DNA from: Thermoplasmata archaeon | GTDB lineage: Archaea; Thermoplasmatota; Thermoplasmata; Thermoplasmatales; GCA-001856825 | Length of the DNA: 64,000 nt | NCBI GenBank assembly: GCA_021792255.1 | Contig: JAJYUZ010000001.1 | Span: 128,001 to 192,000 of the forward strand | Direction of reading: 5' to 3' | Part shown: piece after piece, positions 48,796 to 58,410 of the stretch | Position numbering within the stretch: the first letter of the stretch is position 1 | Layout of the letters: every line of letters begins with the position of its first letter | The notes under the pieces: generated by a model | The model's input: the letters and a program-made list of their open reading frames with translations, nothing else | The model's database searches: none | Told to the model about the DNA's origin: nothing | Program-made: the position numbers and the translations under genes

Positions 48796-51186
48796 CTACG
48801 ATTTTCTTATGAAGCCCCCTGCCATCATCAGATCTGTTATGGTCAGAGCTGTCATCGCTTCCACGACAGGGGGGGCTCGAACCGCAATACAAGGGTCATG
48901 TCTCCCTTTGATTGAAAGAGAGGCTCCCTCGAGTTTCTCATAGTCTATAGTCTGTTGCTCCTTAGCAATACTGGAAGTGGGTTTTATCGCTACTCTAAAC
49001 ACGACTGGCATGCCATTGCTGATTCCTCCGAGAATACCTCCGGAGTTGTTTGTAAGGGTAACCACTTTTCCTTCTTTCACAGCGAATGGATCATTGTTCT
49101 CACTCCCCTTTCTATCTGAACCCTTAAACCCGGACCCGAACTCTATCCCCTTTACTGCAGGTATTGCAAAAATTGAATGTGAGACATCGCTTTCGATAGA
49201 GTGAAAAATAGGCTCACCAACCCCTAGAGGCAACCCAATAATTCGGCATTCTATAATACCTCCAAGCGAGTCCCCCTCTCGTTTGACTTCTTCTATGGCT
49301 CTCTCCATTTCCTTTGCCTTTTCTAAGTCAGCACACCTGACAAAATTAGAAAACCTGTTTCTTTCGACATCTTCATCGCTCAGCACTTTGGTAACCTTCA
49401 CGTCACCTATTGAGATCGTGTGAGCTAAGACTTTGATACCTTGAGTTTCAAGGACCTTCTTGGCGATGGCTCCAGCAGCTACAAGGCAAGCCGTCATCCT
49501 TCCAGATAAGAACCCACCTCCACGGTAGTCGAAAACAGAAGCATATTTTTCCCTAGCGGTATAATCGGCATGTCCGGGTCTAATCAACGATTTAGTTCTC
49601 TCATAAGCCTCGGACTTGACATCCCTGTTTCTAATTTCCAAACGGATTGTTTCCCCAGTTGTCTCATCAGACTCTATTCCAGATACAATTTCAACTGCGT
49701 CCTCTTCTCTTCTTGTTGTGGTGAGTTGATTTATGCTCCTCCTCTTTTCAAGTTCGCTCTGAATAAATTCCCTTTGGATTTTCACTCCACTAGGGACGCC
49801 TTTCAAAATGGAACCAATCCTTTTTCCGTGGCTCTCTCCTAGCAGCCTCAATTCGAGAAAGTTGCCGTAGACGTTACTGACAGTCATGATGTCTCCTCCA
49901 AGCGAGCGTAAATCATCAAAAAAGTCCGGGTAAGACTTCTTGATTGCAAGGGGGTAACCGATTCTTGTCTCCCCTTTTGCAATTAATCCTGCAACGGAAG
50001 CTGCCATTACTATCCTGTGGTCGTTGACAAGGGGGGCTTCACCTCCGAAGAGCTGTTGACCGCCTCGTATTGTCAGAGAACCGTCCTTTTCGTTTGCTTC
50101 ACATCCGAATGCTCCAATCAACTTGAGCAAGCCTGAGAGTCTGTCACTTTCTTTCATCCTTAGTCTGTTTACGTTTCTCATTATCGTCGGTGATGAGGCC
50201 TGAGTACTGGCAATTGCAATTATTGGTACTAGATCAGGTACATTCTTTGCATCAAAGATTGTCCCTTTCAGAGGGCTCTTTTTAATCATAACAGAAGTGT
50301 CGCTAACTTCAATGTCGGCTCCCATGTCTTTCAAGATATCTACAATCTTTCTATCTCCCTGCTTAGAATCCGCTCTCAGATTGTTCACCGTAACGGCTCC
50401 CTCTTCAGCAGAGAGGGCTCCCGCAACGAGCATAAAGGCCGCTGAAGAAAAATCCCCTTCGATTCTATACTCCTTTGGAACGTATGTCTGACCCCCCTCA
50501 ATGATATAACCATTGAATTCTCGTGACTTTTCGACGGTTACGCTAAATTCTGCAAGAGCGTCTATTGTCATCTCTATGTAATCGACAGATTCTTCCTCTG
50601 TCGTTATCCTGATTTCACTCTTTCCTCGCGCCAGAGGTAGCGCAAAGAGCAATCCAGAGATGAATTGGGAACTGATATCACCGCGTATTTTTATCTTTCC
50701 TCCGTTTATCTTCCCCATTCCAGATAACTTTATCGGCAGTGATCTCTCTTTTCCCATGTACTCGACCTTTACCCCTAATTTCTCCACGGCATCCAATAAA
50801 TCGACAATGGGTCTCCTGACGAGTCCTTCACTTCCAGTTAAGATTGTTTCGCCTTGAGACATTGCTGCGAGGGGTAAAATGAACCTAAGCGTCGACCCAG
50901 ACTCTTTGCAATCTATAGTATTCTTCTTATTTCTCAGAATACCATTCGTTCCCTGTATTATTATTTCTTCCCTGCTCTTCTTGAGTACGACAGCACCAAG
51001 TGCTTTGCAGGCTTCTAGAGTGGCCTCGGTATCCTCAGACAATAGCGGATTGTGTATGGTGCTTTTGCCATCGGCGAGGGAAGCACAGATTATCGCCCGG
51101 TGCGTGTAACTCTTAGAAGGTGGTGCCGAAATCTCCCCCCTAATTTTGGATGCACCGATGGCCATTTCTATATCGGTGCTTCTCAA
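48796..51186 (-). CDS. Fused EPSP synthase (AroA) - chorismate synthase (AroC)
   Basis: N half PPSKSYTHR, ESGSTLRF, SSQFISG, LRMKESDR, DHR; C half GESHG, RPGHAD, GGG..SGRMT, NNSGGILGG, GRHDPC; single uninterrupted ORF. Confidence 0.93.
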   Translation of the reverse strand: MRSTDIEMAIGASKIRGEISAPPSKSYTHRAIICASLADGKSTIHNPLLSEDTEATLEACKALGAVVLKKSREEIIIQGTNGILRNKKNTIDCKESGSTLRFILPLAAMSQGETILTGSEGLVRRPIVDLLDAVEKLGVKVEYMGKERSLPIKLSGMGKINGGKIKIRGDISSQFISGLLFALPLARGKSEIRITTEEESVDYIEMTIDALAEFSVTVEKSREFNGYIIEGGQTYVPKEYRIEGDFSSAAFMLVAGALSAEEGAVTVNNLRADSKQGDRKIVDILKDMGADIEVSDTSVMIKKSPLKGTIFDAKNVPDLVPIIAIASTQASSPTIMRNVNRLRMKESDRLSGLLKLIGAFGCEANEKDGSLTIRGGQQLFGGEAPLVNDHRIVMAASVAGLIAKGETRIGYPLAIKKSYPDFFDDLRSLGGDIMTVSNVYGNFLELRLLGESHGKRIGSILKGVPSGVKIQREFIQSELEKRRSINQLTTTRREEDAVEIVSGIESDETTGETIRLEIRNRDVKSEAYERTKSLIRPGHADYTAREKYASVFDYRGGGFLSGRMTACLVAAGAIAKKVLETQGIKVLAHTISIGDVKVTKVLSDEDVERNRFSNFVRCADLEKAKEMERAIEEVKREGDSLGGIIECRIIGLPLGVGEPIFHSIESDVSHSIFAIPAVKGIEFGSGFKGSDRKGSENNDPFAVKEGKVVTLTNNSGGILGGISNGMPVVFRVAIKPTSSIAKEQQTIDYEKLEGASLSIKGRHDPCIAVRAPPVVEAMTALTITDLMMAGGFIRKS

Positions 51187-52490
51187 TAGTGTTCACCCAT
51201 TGACTGTTCTACTTCCTTTACCAATTCATCTACACTCTTCCCATCAGTTCTGAACTCCAAGTCTCTTGCCAGAGTATAATAAGGACTGCGAGAGTCAAGC
51301 AACTCTTTTATGACTCCCAACTCGGATTCCTTAGTTGAATCCAGCAAAAGAGGGCGTGTCATATTACCGCCCAGTCTCTTCACGATTGATCTGGGTTCTG
51401 CCTTCAGCAATACCACCGTCCCACTTTCTCTCATTTTAGAGACATTTGTAAAATCTAGGACGGCTCCTCCCCCGCAGGATACGACAACTCCTCTTTTTCT
51501 GCTAGCCGCATCGATCTCCTGACGCTCCATTTCTCGGAATCTATCTTCTCCTTCGCGTTCAAATATGGTCCTTATAGAATTACCATACTTGTTGCTAATT
51601 TCAATATCAGTATCCACGTACCTACTTTTTAATCTTGCAGCGAGTTTACTTCCGATCGTGGTCTTTCCGGCACCCATGAAACCTATCAGGTAGACATTCC
51701 TCCCTTTCCTAGATTTTTTATTTTTTAGTCTCCTGATTGCTCTGAACATCACTTGTTTGTCTGGTTTTATTCCTGTCCAGAATTCAAAACTCACAGATCC
51801 CTGATTAACTAACATCTCTTCACCATCTATTGCTATGCAATTGTGTTTCTTTGCAGCCCGGATTAGGAAAGTTTCGTCCGGTCCATAAACGGAATCAAAG
51901 ACTACTAATCCTCTCCTGAGAAATCTCTCCGGGACCGGACTAGATTCGCCATTCATCCCTATAGGTGTACAGTTGCAGACTAGGTCCGAATCAGGGATTA
52001 ATCTACCTAGGTTGTTTTCGTCCATTTCTTCTCGTCCAAGCATAAGCGTCTTCACTCCTTCCTTTTTAAGTCCAAAATCGAGTGACTTGGCTGCGCCGCC
52101 TTTTCCAAGTATTATGGCACTTTTCCCCTTCAGACTGCTGACCCTTTCTTTTATTGCGTTTACCGCGCCAATCGAGTCAGTATTTCTGCCAATCAGCCTT
52201 CCATCTTTGTTAAGTATCGTGTTTACTGCACCTATCTTATCGGCTTCTTGATCAATCTCGTCTAAGAATTCCACGACCGTCCTCTTATGCGGCATTGTCA
52301 CGTTGACCCCTTTTGCGTTGAGGGTCTTCAAAGTTCTTATTGATTCGGCAAGGTCATCTTTCTTTACCAGCATTGTCGTATAAACGGCATCAATCCCCCA
52401 GGCTGAGAATAGGGCATTGTGCATCACCGGAGAGAGAGAGTGAGCTACTGGGTCTCCAATTAGACAGTAAAGCTGAGTACTACTGTTCAT
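51183..52490 (-). CDS. Fused shikimate dehydrogenase (AroE) - NMP-kinase-fold shikimate kinase (AroK)
   Basis: HSLSP.MHN, NVTMPHK, GAVNT, NTD, NCTPIGM; then LIGFMGAGKTTIG, EGEDRFR, GGG, RPLL. Confidence 0.93.
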   Translation of the reverse strand: MNSSTQLYCLIGDPVAHSLSPVMHNALFSAWGIDAVYTTMLVKKDDLAESIRTLKTLNAKGVNVTMPHKRTVVEFLDEIDQEADKIGAVNTILNKDGRLIGRNTDSIGAVNAIKERVSSLKGKSAIILGKGGAAKSLDFGLKKEGVKTLMLGREEMDENNLGRLIPDSDLVCNCTPIGMNGESSPVPERFLRRGLVVFDSVYGPDETFLIRAAKKHNCIAIDGEEMLVNQGSVSFEFWTGIKPDKQVMFRAIRRLKNKKSRKGRNVYLIGFMGAGKTTIGSKLAARLKSRYVDTDIEISNKYGNSIRTIFEREGEDRFREMERQEIDAASRKRGVVVSCGGGAVLDFTNVSKMRESGTVVLLKAEPRSIVKRLGGNMTRPLLLDSTKESELGVIKELLDSRSPYYTLARDLEFRTDGKSVDELVKEVEQSMGEHY

Positions 52491-53140
52491 GGAAATGACC
52501 CTATAAGTCGCTTTAGTTTAGCTGCACTAATCTGCCCCAGTGCAGTCTCCTTTCCGAGTGAAAGAGAAGCGTATGTAAATGGAGAACCAAGTAAGGTCGA
52601 TACCACTCTCGTAATGGTACCTTCCTTCCCCATTCCTACCACCACAAGATCTTTGTTTTCGTCCAGCAAACCTAATAGTCTTGCATTATCGTTTGTAGAG
52701 TTGACCTTACACGCAATTTTTGCTATGTCTCCACCGGATCTAAAACACGAATCCACTATTCTTATTAGCTCTTCTCTTGAAGGCGTTCTATCGTCATTGT
52801 GATAGGAGACTATAACTTTGCATCCCTTTTTCCGTGCCGCTTTTAATAGCTCACCCCTGTATCTATCGTCTGCTTCTAGTTCGATGTCGACAAATGAAGC
52901 ACCATGATTTATTGCAGAAATCAATGATTTCAATCTGAGTTTGTCGTCAGTCATCCCTGGCCTGAACGTAGCGACGAGTCTTACTTGTGTGGAAAAGACC
53001 TTCCTAATATTTTTTTCATCTAATTTCGTCTTGTCAAGTCTGATCTCTGCCAGTTTTAAACCCCGTAAAGCGTTCACGCATAACTCTACTGTCGGTTCAG
53101 AAATACTTACGCATATTCTCGAATCAATAGAATCTTTCAT
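52487..53140 (-). CDS. aroD: Type I 3-dehydroquinate dehydratase
   Basis: EIRLD, VDIEL, VSYH....TP, DIAKIA, MG..G..TR, A.GQI. Confidence 0.92.
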   Translation of the reverse strand: MKDSIDSRICVSISEPTVELCVNALRGLKLAEIRLDKTKLDEKNIRKVFSTQVRLVATFRPGMTDDKLRLKSLISAINHGASFVDIELEADDRYRGELLKAARKKGCKVIVSYHNDDRTPSREELIRIVDSCFRSGGDIAKIACKVNSTNDNARLLGLLDENKDLVVVGMGKEGTITRVVSTLLGSPFTYASLSLGKETALGQISAAKLKRLIGSFP

Positions 53141-54168
53141 AAACAGATCCCATCCAATATATTTGAAATGTCCTCTTCCTCAACTGCATTAATCACTGCG
53201 TTTCCGATTCCATCAAGCAGGACCATATTGATTTTACTGCTCCGCCTCTTTTTGTCTTTGGTGATGGCCTCCATCACATCATTCTTATTCGCCTTAATTT
53301 TAATCGGAAGTCCAACTTTTTGCAGTAGATCCGTAATTCTTTTAAGTTGAGAGTTGTCAAGCAGCCCCTTTGACACGGATAACTTTCCAGCTGCTATCAT
53401 ACCTATACTTACTGCGTACCCATGAGGAATTTTAGCTACTTTTTCGATCGCGTGTCCAATCGTATGGCCAAAATTGAGTTTCATTCTCTCCCATTGCTCC
53501 ATCTCGTCTGAACTGACAATACCAATTTTAATCGAGATAGCTGAACTTACAGCTTTATTGATTTCTTCTTTGTTCATGGAAAGGATTGATAAGTAATTCT
53601 TTTCGATGTATTCAAAAAGTGAAAGATCAGCGATCGCTCCGGCTTTTACTATCTCAGCAAGGCCAGACATCAGTTCACTTTTTGGTAGTGTCTTTAGAAA
53701 ATTCAGATCTATAAGGCAGAACTCCGGTTGTCTTATAGTCCCTATCAAGTTCTTGTAGCCCTTCAGGTTAACTCCATTCTTTCCTCCTATGCTTGCGTCT
53801 ACTTGGGCTAGAAGAGTGGTGGGGACGAAACCAAAAGGAATGCCACGCATAAATGTTGAGGCAGCGTAACCTGCGATATCACAGACGACGCCTCCACCGA
53901 TGCCTATCACTATATGTGACTTATCTACCCCTATTTCTAAAAACCTCTCGTAAATTTTTTCGACTGTGAGAAGAGTCTTACTATTCTCACCTTCCCCAAT
54001 TTCTATGAATTCGAAATCCTTTAGTCTCTCTCCGTAGATTCTTCGAACATTCTGGTCAATTACCGCCACAGCTTTTCTCGATCCACAGAGGCTCAGCAGG
54101 TCGTCTATAGAACGGCCGACAAAGAATTCGCTCTCTCCAGTTTTAGTAACGAGTTTCATTCGGCTCAC
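53137..54168 (-). CDS. aroB: 3-dehydroquinate synthase (classical)
   Basis: [44 protein letters not shown]. Confidence 0.95.
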   Translation of the reverse strand: MSRMKLVTKTGESEFFVGRSIDDLLSLCGSRKAVAVIDQNVRRIYGERLKDFEFIEIGEGENSKTLLTVEKIYERFLEIGVDKSHIVIGIGGGVVCDIAGYAASTFMRGIPFGFVPTTLLAQVDASIGGKNGVNLKGYKNLIGTIRQPEFCLIDLNFLKTLPKSELMSGLAEIVKAGAIADLSLFEYIEKNYLSILSMNKEEINKAVSSAISIKIGIVSSDEMEQWERMKLNFGHTIGHAIEKVAKIPHGYAVSIGMIAAGKLSVSKGLLDNSQLKRITDLLQKVGLPIKIKANKNDVMEAITKDKKRRSSKINMVLLDGIGNAVINAVEEEDISNILDGICL

Positions 54169-54992
54169 TTCAGTTCTTCAACGAATCTTCTCAGCGGTCG
54201 TATTCTTTCCATCAATGCCTTAAACTGTTCTGGGGTGAGTGACTGCTCCTTGTCACTCAGTGCCTCAGCCGGATTTCTATGGACTTCCAGGATTAAGCCG
54301 TCGGTACCTGAGGCCACCGAGGCCATGCTCATTGGTTCAATTAGACTTGCTTTACCTGTTCCATGGGAAGGGTCCACTATAACCGGAAGATGAGTTAATT
54401 CTTTTAAGACAGGAACTGCACTTAAATCTAGAGTATTTCTCGTGTAAGTTTCAAACGTCCTGATTCCTCTCTCACAAAGTATGACATTTGGATTCCCGCC
54501 ACTTAGTATGTACTCAGCACTGTTAAGCCATTCCTCAATGGTAGAGTACATTCCTCTCTTTAACAAAACAGGTTTGTTTATCTTCCCCAATTCCTTGAGA
54601 AGAGAAAAGTTCTGAACGTTTCTAGCACCAACCTGCAAGACATCTGCATATTCCGAGACCCAGTCCACGTCCCTAGGATCCAGTACTTCAGTCACTATAG
54701 GAAGACCTGTCTCATCCCTCGCCTTCTGTAAGTATTTCAGTCCCTTTAGACCCAAGCCTTGGAAAGAATAAGGTGAAGTTCTCGGTTTAAACACGCCTCC
54801 TCTCAACATGTCTGCTCCCGCTTCCTTTACTCTTCGTGCGGTCTCCAAAAGCTGTTCTTCGCTCTCAACGCTGCAAGGACCAGCGATGACTGTGAGCCCT
54901 TCTCCTACCTTTAGGTTGCCAACCTGTACGATGGTGCGTTGATCGCTATTTAGTGCCGCCAGTTTAACGTTCTTGAAGCCCGATGCTACCAC
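54165..54992 (-). CDS. aroF: DAHP synthase class I-beta (no regulatory domain)
   Basis: [40 protein letters not shown]. Confidence 0.94.
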   Translation of the reverse strand: MVASGFKNVKLAALNSDQRTIVQVGNLKVGEGLTVIAGPCSVESEEQLLETARRVKEAGADMLRGGVFKPRTSPYSFQGLGLKGLKYLQKARDETGLPIVTEVLDPRDVDWVSEYADVLQVGARNVQNFSLLKELGKINKPVLLKRGMYSTIEEWLNSAEYILSGGNPNVILCERGIRTFETYTRNTLDLSAVPVLKELTHLPVIVDPSHGTGKASLIEPMSMASVASGTDGLILEVHRNPAEALSDKEQSLTPEQFKALMERIRPLRRFVEELK

Positions 54993-54994
54993 AG

Positions 54995-55207
54995 TTAATC
55001 GCCCCCAACTCTAGACACAACATAGCGGTTTTCGATCAACTTTGGTCTTATTGAGAAGTAGTGCATCCTTACGAAGTGTTTCACTATCAAGGACCATTTT
55101 CTTTTCTTAAAACTTCCTTTTACTTCAGAGACCCGGCTGTTAAAAGCGTCCAGCCAACGTAAAGGCAAACCGTTATTGCTTCGTGTTTCAAAATACTCAA
55201 AACTCAT
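54995..55207 (-). CDS. Small aromatic-rich ORF (70 aa) at head of aro operon
   Basis: GAGGTG RBS 6 nt before ATG 55207; stop 2 nt before aroF start; 6 Phe, 3 Tyr, 2 Trp. Confidence 0.5.
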   Translation of the reverse strand: MSFEYFETRSNNGLPLRWLDAFNSRVSEVKGSFKKRKWSLIVKHFVRMHYFSIRPKLIENRYVVSRVGGD

Positions 55208-55236
55208 TAATGACACCTCACAGTGAAGAAGAAAAA

Positions 55237-55308
55237 TCAGTATCGGTAACTAAAAAGAGTAGCAGAAATGGAAGACTTCTGATTTGAGACTCTATCTTCT
55301 ACTGTCAC
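55237..55308 (-). other. Candidate leaderless leader peptide (23 aa)
   Basis: GTG about 22 nt after TATA-like TTTAAGTA; MTVEDRVSNQKSSISATLFSYRY*, followed in frame by FFFFTVRCH*. Confidence 0.35.
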
Positions 55309-55443
55309 TGAAAAACCGATAAATGATATCTACTTAAATATTTTGATTTAGTCAGTATCTCCGATTTGAGCTGAACATGTGGCTTATCTATCCTGGGGAA
55401 TTCTTGAGAACGGGGAGATCAGTGGGCTCGTCGTTGATAGACC

Positions 55444-55640
55444 CAGGACGTTCTACAAACAGGCTGATCTCCTCTTCTCTTCGTTATCTACCCGCGTACT
55501 GCACACACTGCTCAGCTCTATTAGAAACCTCTTAAAGCTCACCTCCGTGCTGTAGAAGAGATACCACAACGCTTCTATGAGCTGTTCATAGGCGAACAGG
55601 AAATAGCGCACCTCAATCGCCTTGGATTCGCCTTCCTGTA
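55444..55640 (-). mobile_element. Probable insertion-sequence relic (transposase C-terminal fragment, ISH3-like)
   Basis: Minus frame AIEVRYFLFAYEQLIEALWYLFYSTEVSFKRFLIELS..ACL* resembles archaeal DDE transposase C-termini; ends at a CAG-initiated putative terminal repeat at 55444. Confidence 0.4.
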
Positions 55641-56002
55641 TGAATTTCCATCATGGCACCTTCTGGTTGGGATACTTACGTCTACACTTGTAGTTGCATA
55701 CGTAATTGGACCAGCATCGATTAACGTTTTCCGGAGAACGCGGCCAACTAGAGAAAGACCCTTCAGGCTCCCTGCTGCAAAGATACTTGCCCAATTGGGT
55801 TCATAGTGTCATTTATGATCATCTATTGGTCTACCTTCCCATTAAGCCTCGAAGTATCTGCAGTCACTCTTATAGGACTCGTAATGTAGTGCATTACCGA
55901 GACAGTACCTTCAACTTGACAAACCTTGTAAAAAAGGAAGGTGAAATTGTGGCATACTTGCCAGCAATTTCATTCATCACATTTGCTTCGTTCTATTCGT
56001 AA
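55621..56002 (+). pseudogene. Fragment of APC-family amino acid permease
   Basis: FPSWHLLVGILTSTLVVAYVIGPAS..FRRT.P..ERPFRLPAAKILA, then frameshift to IGFIVSFMIIYW; 5' part missing. Confidence 0.72.
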
Positions 56003-57222
56003 CTTATCTCGCCATGTTCGCTTAAGTCGAGTCCCTTCTCCTCTTCTTCAGGCGAGACTCTCAAAGGCGTTATGATGTTTGTTAACTTAAGTAGCAGATA
56101 AGCACCTACGAATGAGAAGGTTCCTACCACAAGAATACCAAAGGCTTCCAGCAAAAACTGGTGAGGGTTTCCATAAAGTAATCCGTTCGGTCCGTTCGGA
56201 TTGACCAAAGTCGTAGCGAACAAGCCCGTTGCAAGAAGTCCCCATAGCGATCCTGCACCATGACACGCGAAGACGTCAAGAGAATCATCAAGGGTGGCCC
56301 TGAGATACTTCCAGTTGGATATGAAGAAGCTGATCACTCCACCAACCAAACCTATGACGATAGAAGCCTGGGCAGTCACATATCCAGCTGCAGGCGTGAT
56401 AGCAACCAATCCAACTACTGCTCCAATCGCAATTCCAGTAGCGGAAGGTTTCTTCTTAATGTACCATTCAGTGAACATCCAGCTGATTGCAGCCCCTGCC
56501 GCGGCAAGATTAGTATTGACAATGGCTTGAACGGCAACTCCATCGGCAGCCAATGCACTCCCGCCGTTGAAACCAAACCAGCCAAACCACAGAATAGAAG
56601 CACCAAGTATGACGAATGGAACGTTGTTTGGCCTTGAGTCTCTGTTTTCATTGACGCCAATCCTTCTTCCAAGAGCTAGTGCTGCTGCCACTGCAGATGC
56701 ACCCGCTGTCAGGTGTACCACTAATCCTCCAGCGAAGTCAATGACCCCCATTGTGTGTAACCATCCAGTCGGTCCCCAGACCCAGTTGGCTACCGGTGAA
56801 TAGATTAACGTAGTCCACAAGGCGATGAAGACTAAGAGTGCTTTGAATCTTATTCTTTCAGCAAACGCTCCAATTATCAGGGCTGGAGTGATAGCCGCGA
56901 ATTTTAACTGGAATGCAAAGTAGAGGAGGGCAGGAATAGAATTAGAAAAGGCCGCATTAGGTAACTGACCAATGTTGTTTAGAAAAAAGTACTCAGGGTT
57001 CCCAATCAGTCCGTGGATAGACGGAGCAAATGAGAGGGAGAATGCGTAGAATGCCCACAACAGGCTGACAAGAGCAAATATCGTGAGAGTCTGTATTATG
57101 GTTGACGATAGATTCTTCCTTCTTACCAATCCGCCATAGAAAAATCCAAGAGCGGGCGTCATTATCATCACAAGAGCAGTCGCACTCAAAACCCAGGCAG
57201 TATCGCCATAATTAATAGGCAC
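55993..57222 (-). CDS. amt: Ammonium transporter
   Basis: MTPALGFFYGG, FQLKFAAIT, DFAGG.VVH, LWFGWFGFNGGS, GLVAITP, DDSLDVFACHG, GLD.SEHGE. Confidence 0.95.
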   Translation of the reverse strand: MPINYGDTAWVLSATALVMIMTPALGFFYGGLVRRKNLSSTIIQTLTIFALVSLLWAFYAFSLSFAPSIHGLIGNPEYFFLNNIGQLPNAAFSNSIPALLYFAFQLKFAAITPALIIGAFAERIRFKALLVFIALWTTLIYSPVANWVWGPTGWLHTMGVIDFAGGLVVHLTAGASAVAAALALGRRIGVNENRDSRPNNVPFVILGASILWFGWFGFNGGSALAADGVAVQAIVNTNLAAAGAAISWMFTEWYIKKKPSATGIAIGAVVGLVAITPAAGYVTAQASIVIGLVGGVISFFISNWKYLRATLDDSLDVFACHGAGSLWGLLATGLFATTLVNPNGPNGLLYGNPHQFLLEAFGILVVGTFSFVGAYLLLKLTNIITPLRVSPEEEEKGLDLSEHGEISYE

Positions 57223-57536
57223 GGATCATTCCTCCAACGGTTCCGGAGTCTGAAGGCGATTCATAAGTTAAAGCATCGAGTCCAGATGTGGTCATAAATC
57301 CCAATCGATAACTCTCCACAATACTTAACTTGTTCGTAAAACTTAATAGGGAAGCGAAGCTCCGCTAAACCTGTTAAAGGGGAATAAAAAGGAGCAATCG
57401 ATTTCCTTTACAAATAACTGAGCGCTACAAGATCAATTGACCAACGAACTTTGCTTACCTCTTTTGTTGGAATACAGGAGAAAAGGATTTTTCGTGGTCC
57501 GATCAATTAGGGTTTTGAGTCGAATTTGCTCTGATT

Positions 57537-58337
57537 TTAACCCTTGAAATGATAAATGGAGTATTTGCGAGTTGGAGTCTGTCTGGATCCAATTTTATTT
57601 TGGTTTTCAAATTCAATCAGAGATGATGGTTCTCCAAAAACTTTTCTTACGCTCTCGTCAGTATAGTCGAACGTGAACATGTAATTGCCTTTGATTACTC
57701 TACTTAATTTTTTTAGATCTTCTAGATCGTATATGTTAAAGGAATAATCGTACCAACTCTTGTCAGTGTATGGTGGATCGCAATAGAAGAATACATTTTC
57801 CCCACCGTAACTCCTAATGAGTTCTTTAAAGTCAAGGTTCTCTATTTCCCAGCTTGAAATTTTTGAACTGATACGGTCGTAGTTTGACAGAATTTTCCTA
57901 ACGTGGGTAAGACTTGACTTTTCCTTTTGGGTACGGTACGTAGACCCCATGCCACCAAAGCTGACGTTGAATTTGTAGAAAGTTCTGAAGGCCATATCGA
58001 TGTTGCTCTGGTTGGCCGAATTAGTGAGAATAAAATTTTTTTTGTAATTTAGGAATTGAGACTCTGTTACCGTCCACTTTCGAGCCATTTCGAGAAACTC
58101 TTTTGGATAGGTCTTAATGACCATGAAGAGCATGTAGAGTTCCTTATTGAGCTCATTGTAGACAGTTCTCGGCGCATTGACATTCAATGAGACATTACCA
58201 GAGCCACCAAAGACATCTACAAGAGCATTGGCTCCTGACGCGCCAAATCCTTTTAATATCTCTGGCATGAGTAAATTTTTTGCCCCCGGATACTTGATCA
58301 ATCTAGTTATAGCCATTCTAATCTTTCTTCCACACAC
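57537..58337 (-). CDS. DNA adenine methyltransferase (Dam/D12 class), orphan
   Basis: KYPGAK, VDVFGGSG, YNEL, IENLDF, FYCDPPY; start probably at Met8. Confidence 0.88.
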   Translation of the reverse strand: MCGRKIRMAITRLIKYPGAKNLLMPEILKGFGASGANALVDVFGGSGNVSLNVNAPRTVYNELNKELYMLFMVIKTYPKEFLEMARKWTVTESQFLNYKKNFILTNSANQSNIDMAFRTFYKFNVSFGGMGSTYRTQKEKSSLTHVRKILSNYDRISSKISSWEIENLDFKELIRSYGGENVFFYCDPPYTDKSWYDYSFNIYDLEDLKKLSRVIKGNYMFTFDYTDESVRKVFGEPSSLIEFENQNKIGSRQTPTRKYSIYHFKG

Positions 58338-58410
58338 GAATTCTTTGCAAATTCCGCCATTTAATACTCAAAACAGGAATGTCGACCCCCTTTAGACTCA
58401 AATAATCAGC

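Noticed and set aside
48785-48892. N-terminal 36 aa of the ORF-track pheA
   Set aside because: Overlaps the aroC end out of frame; the chorismate mutase domain begins at ATG 48784
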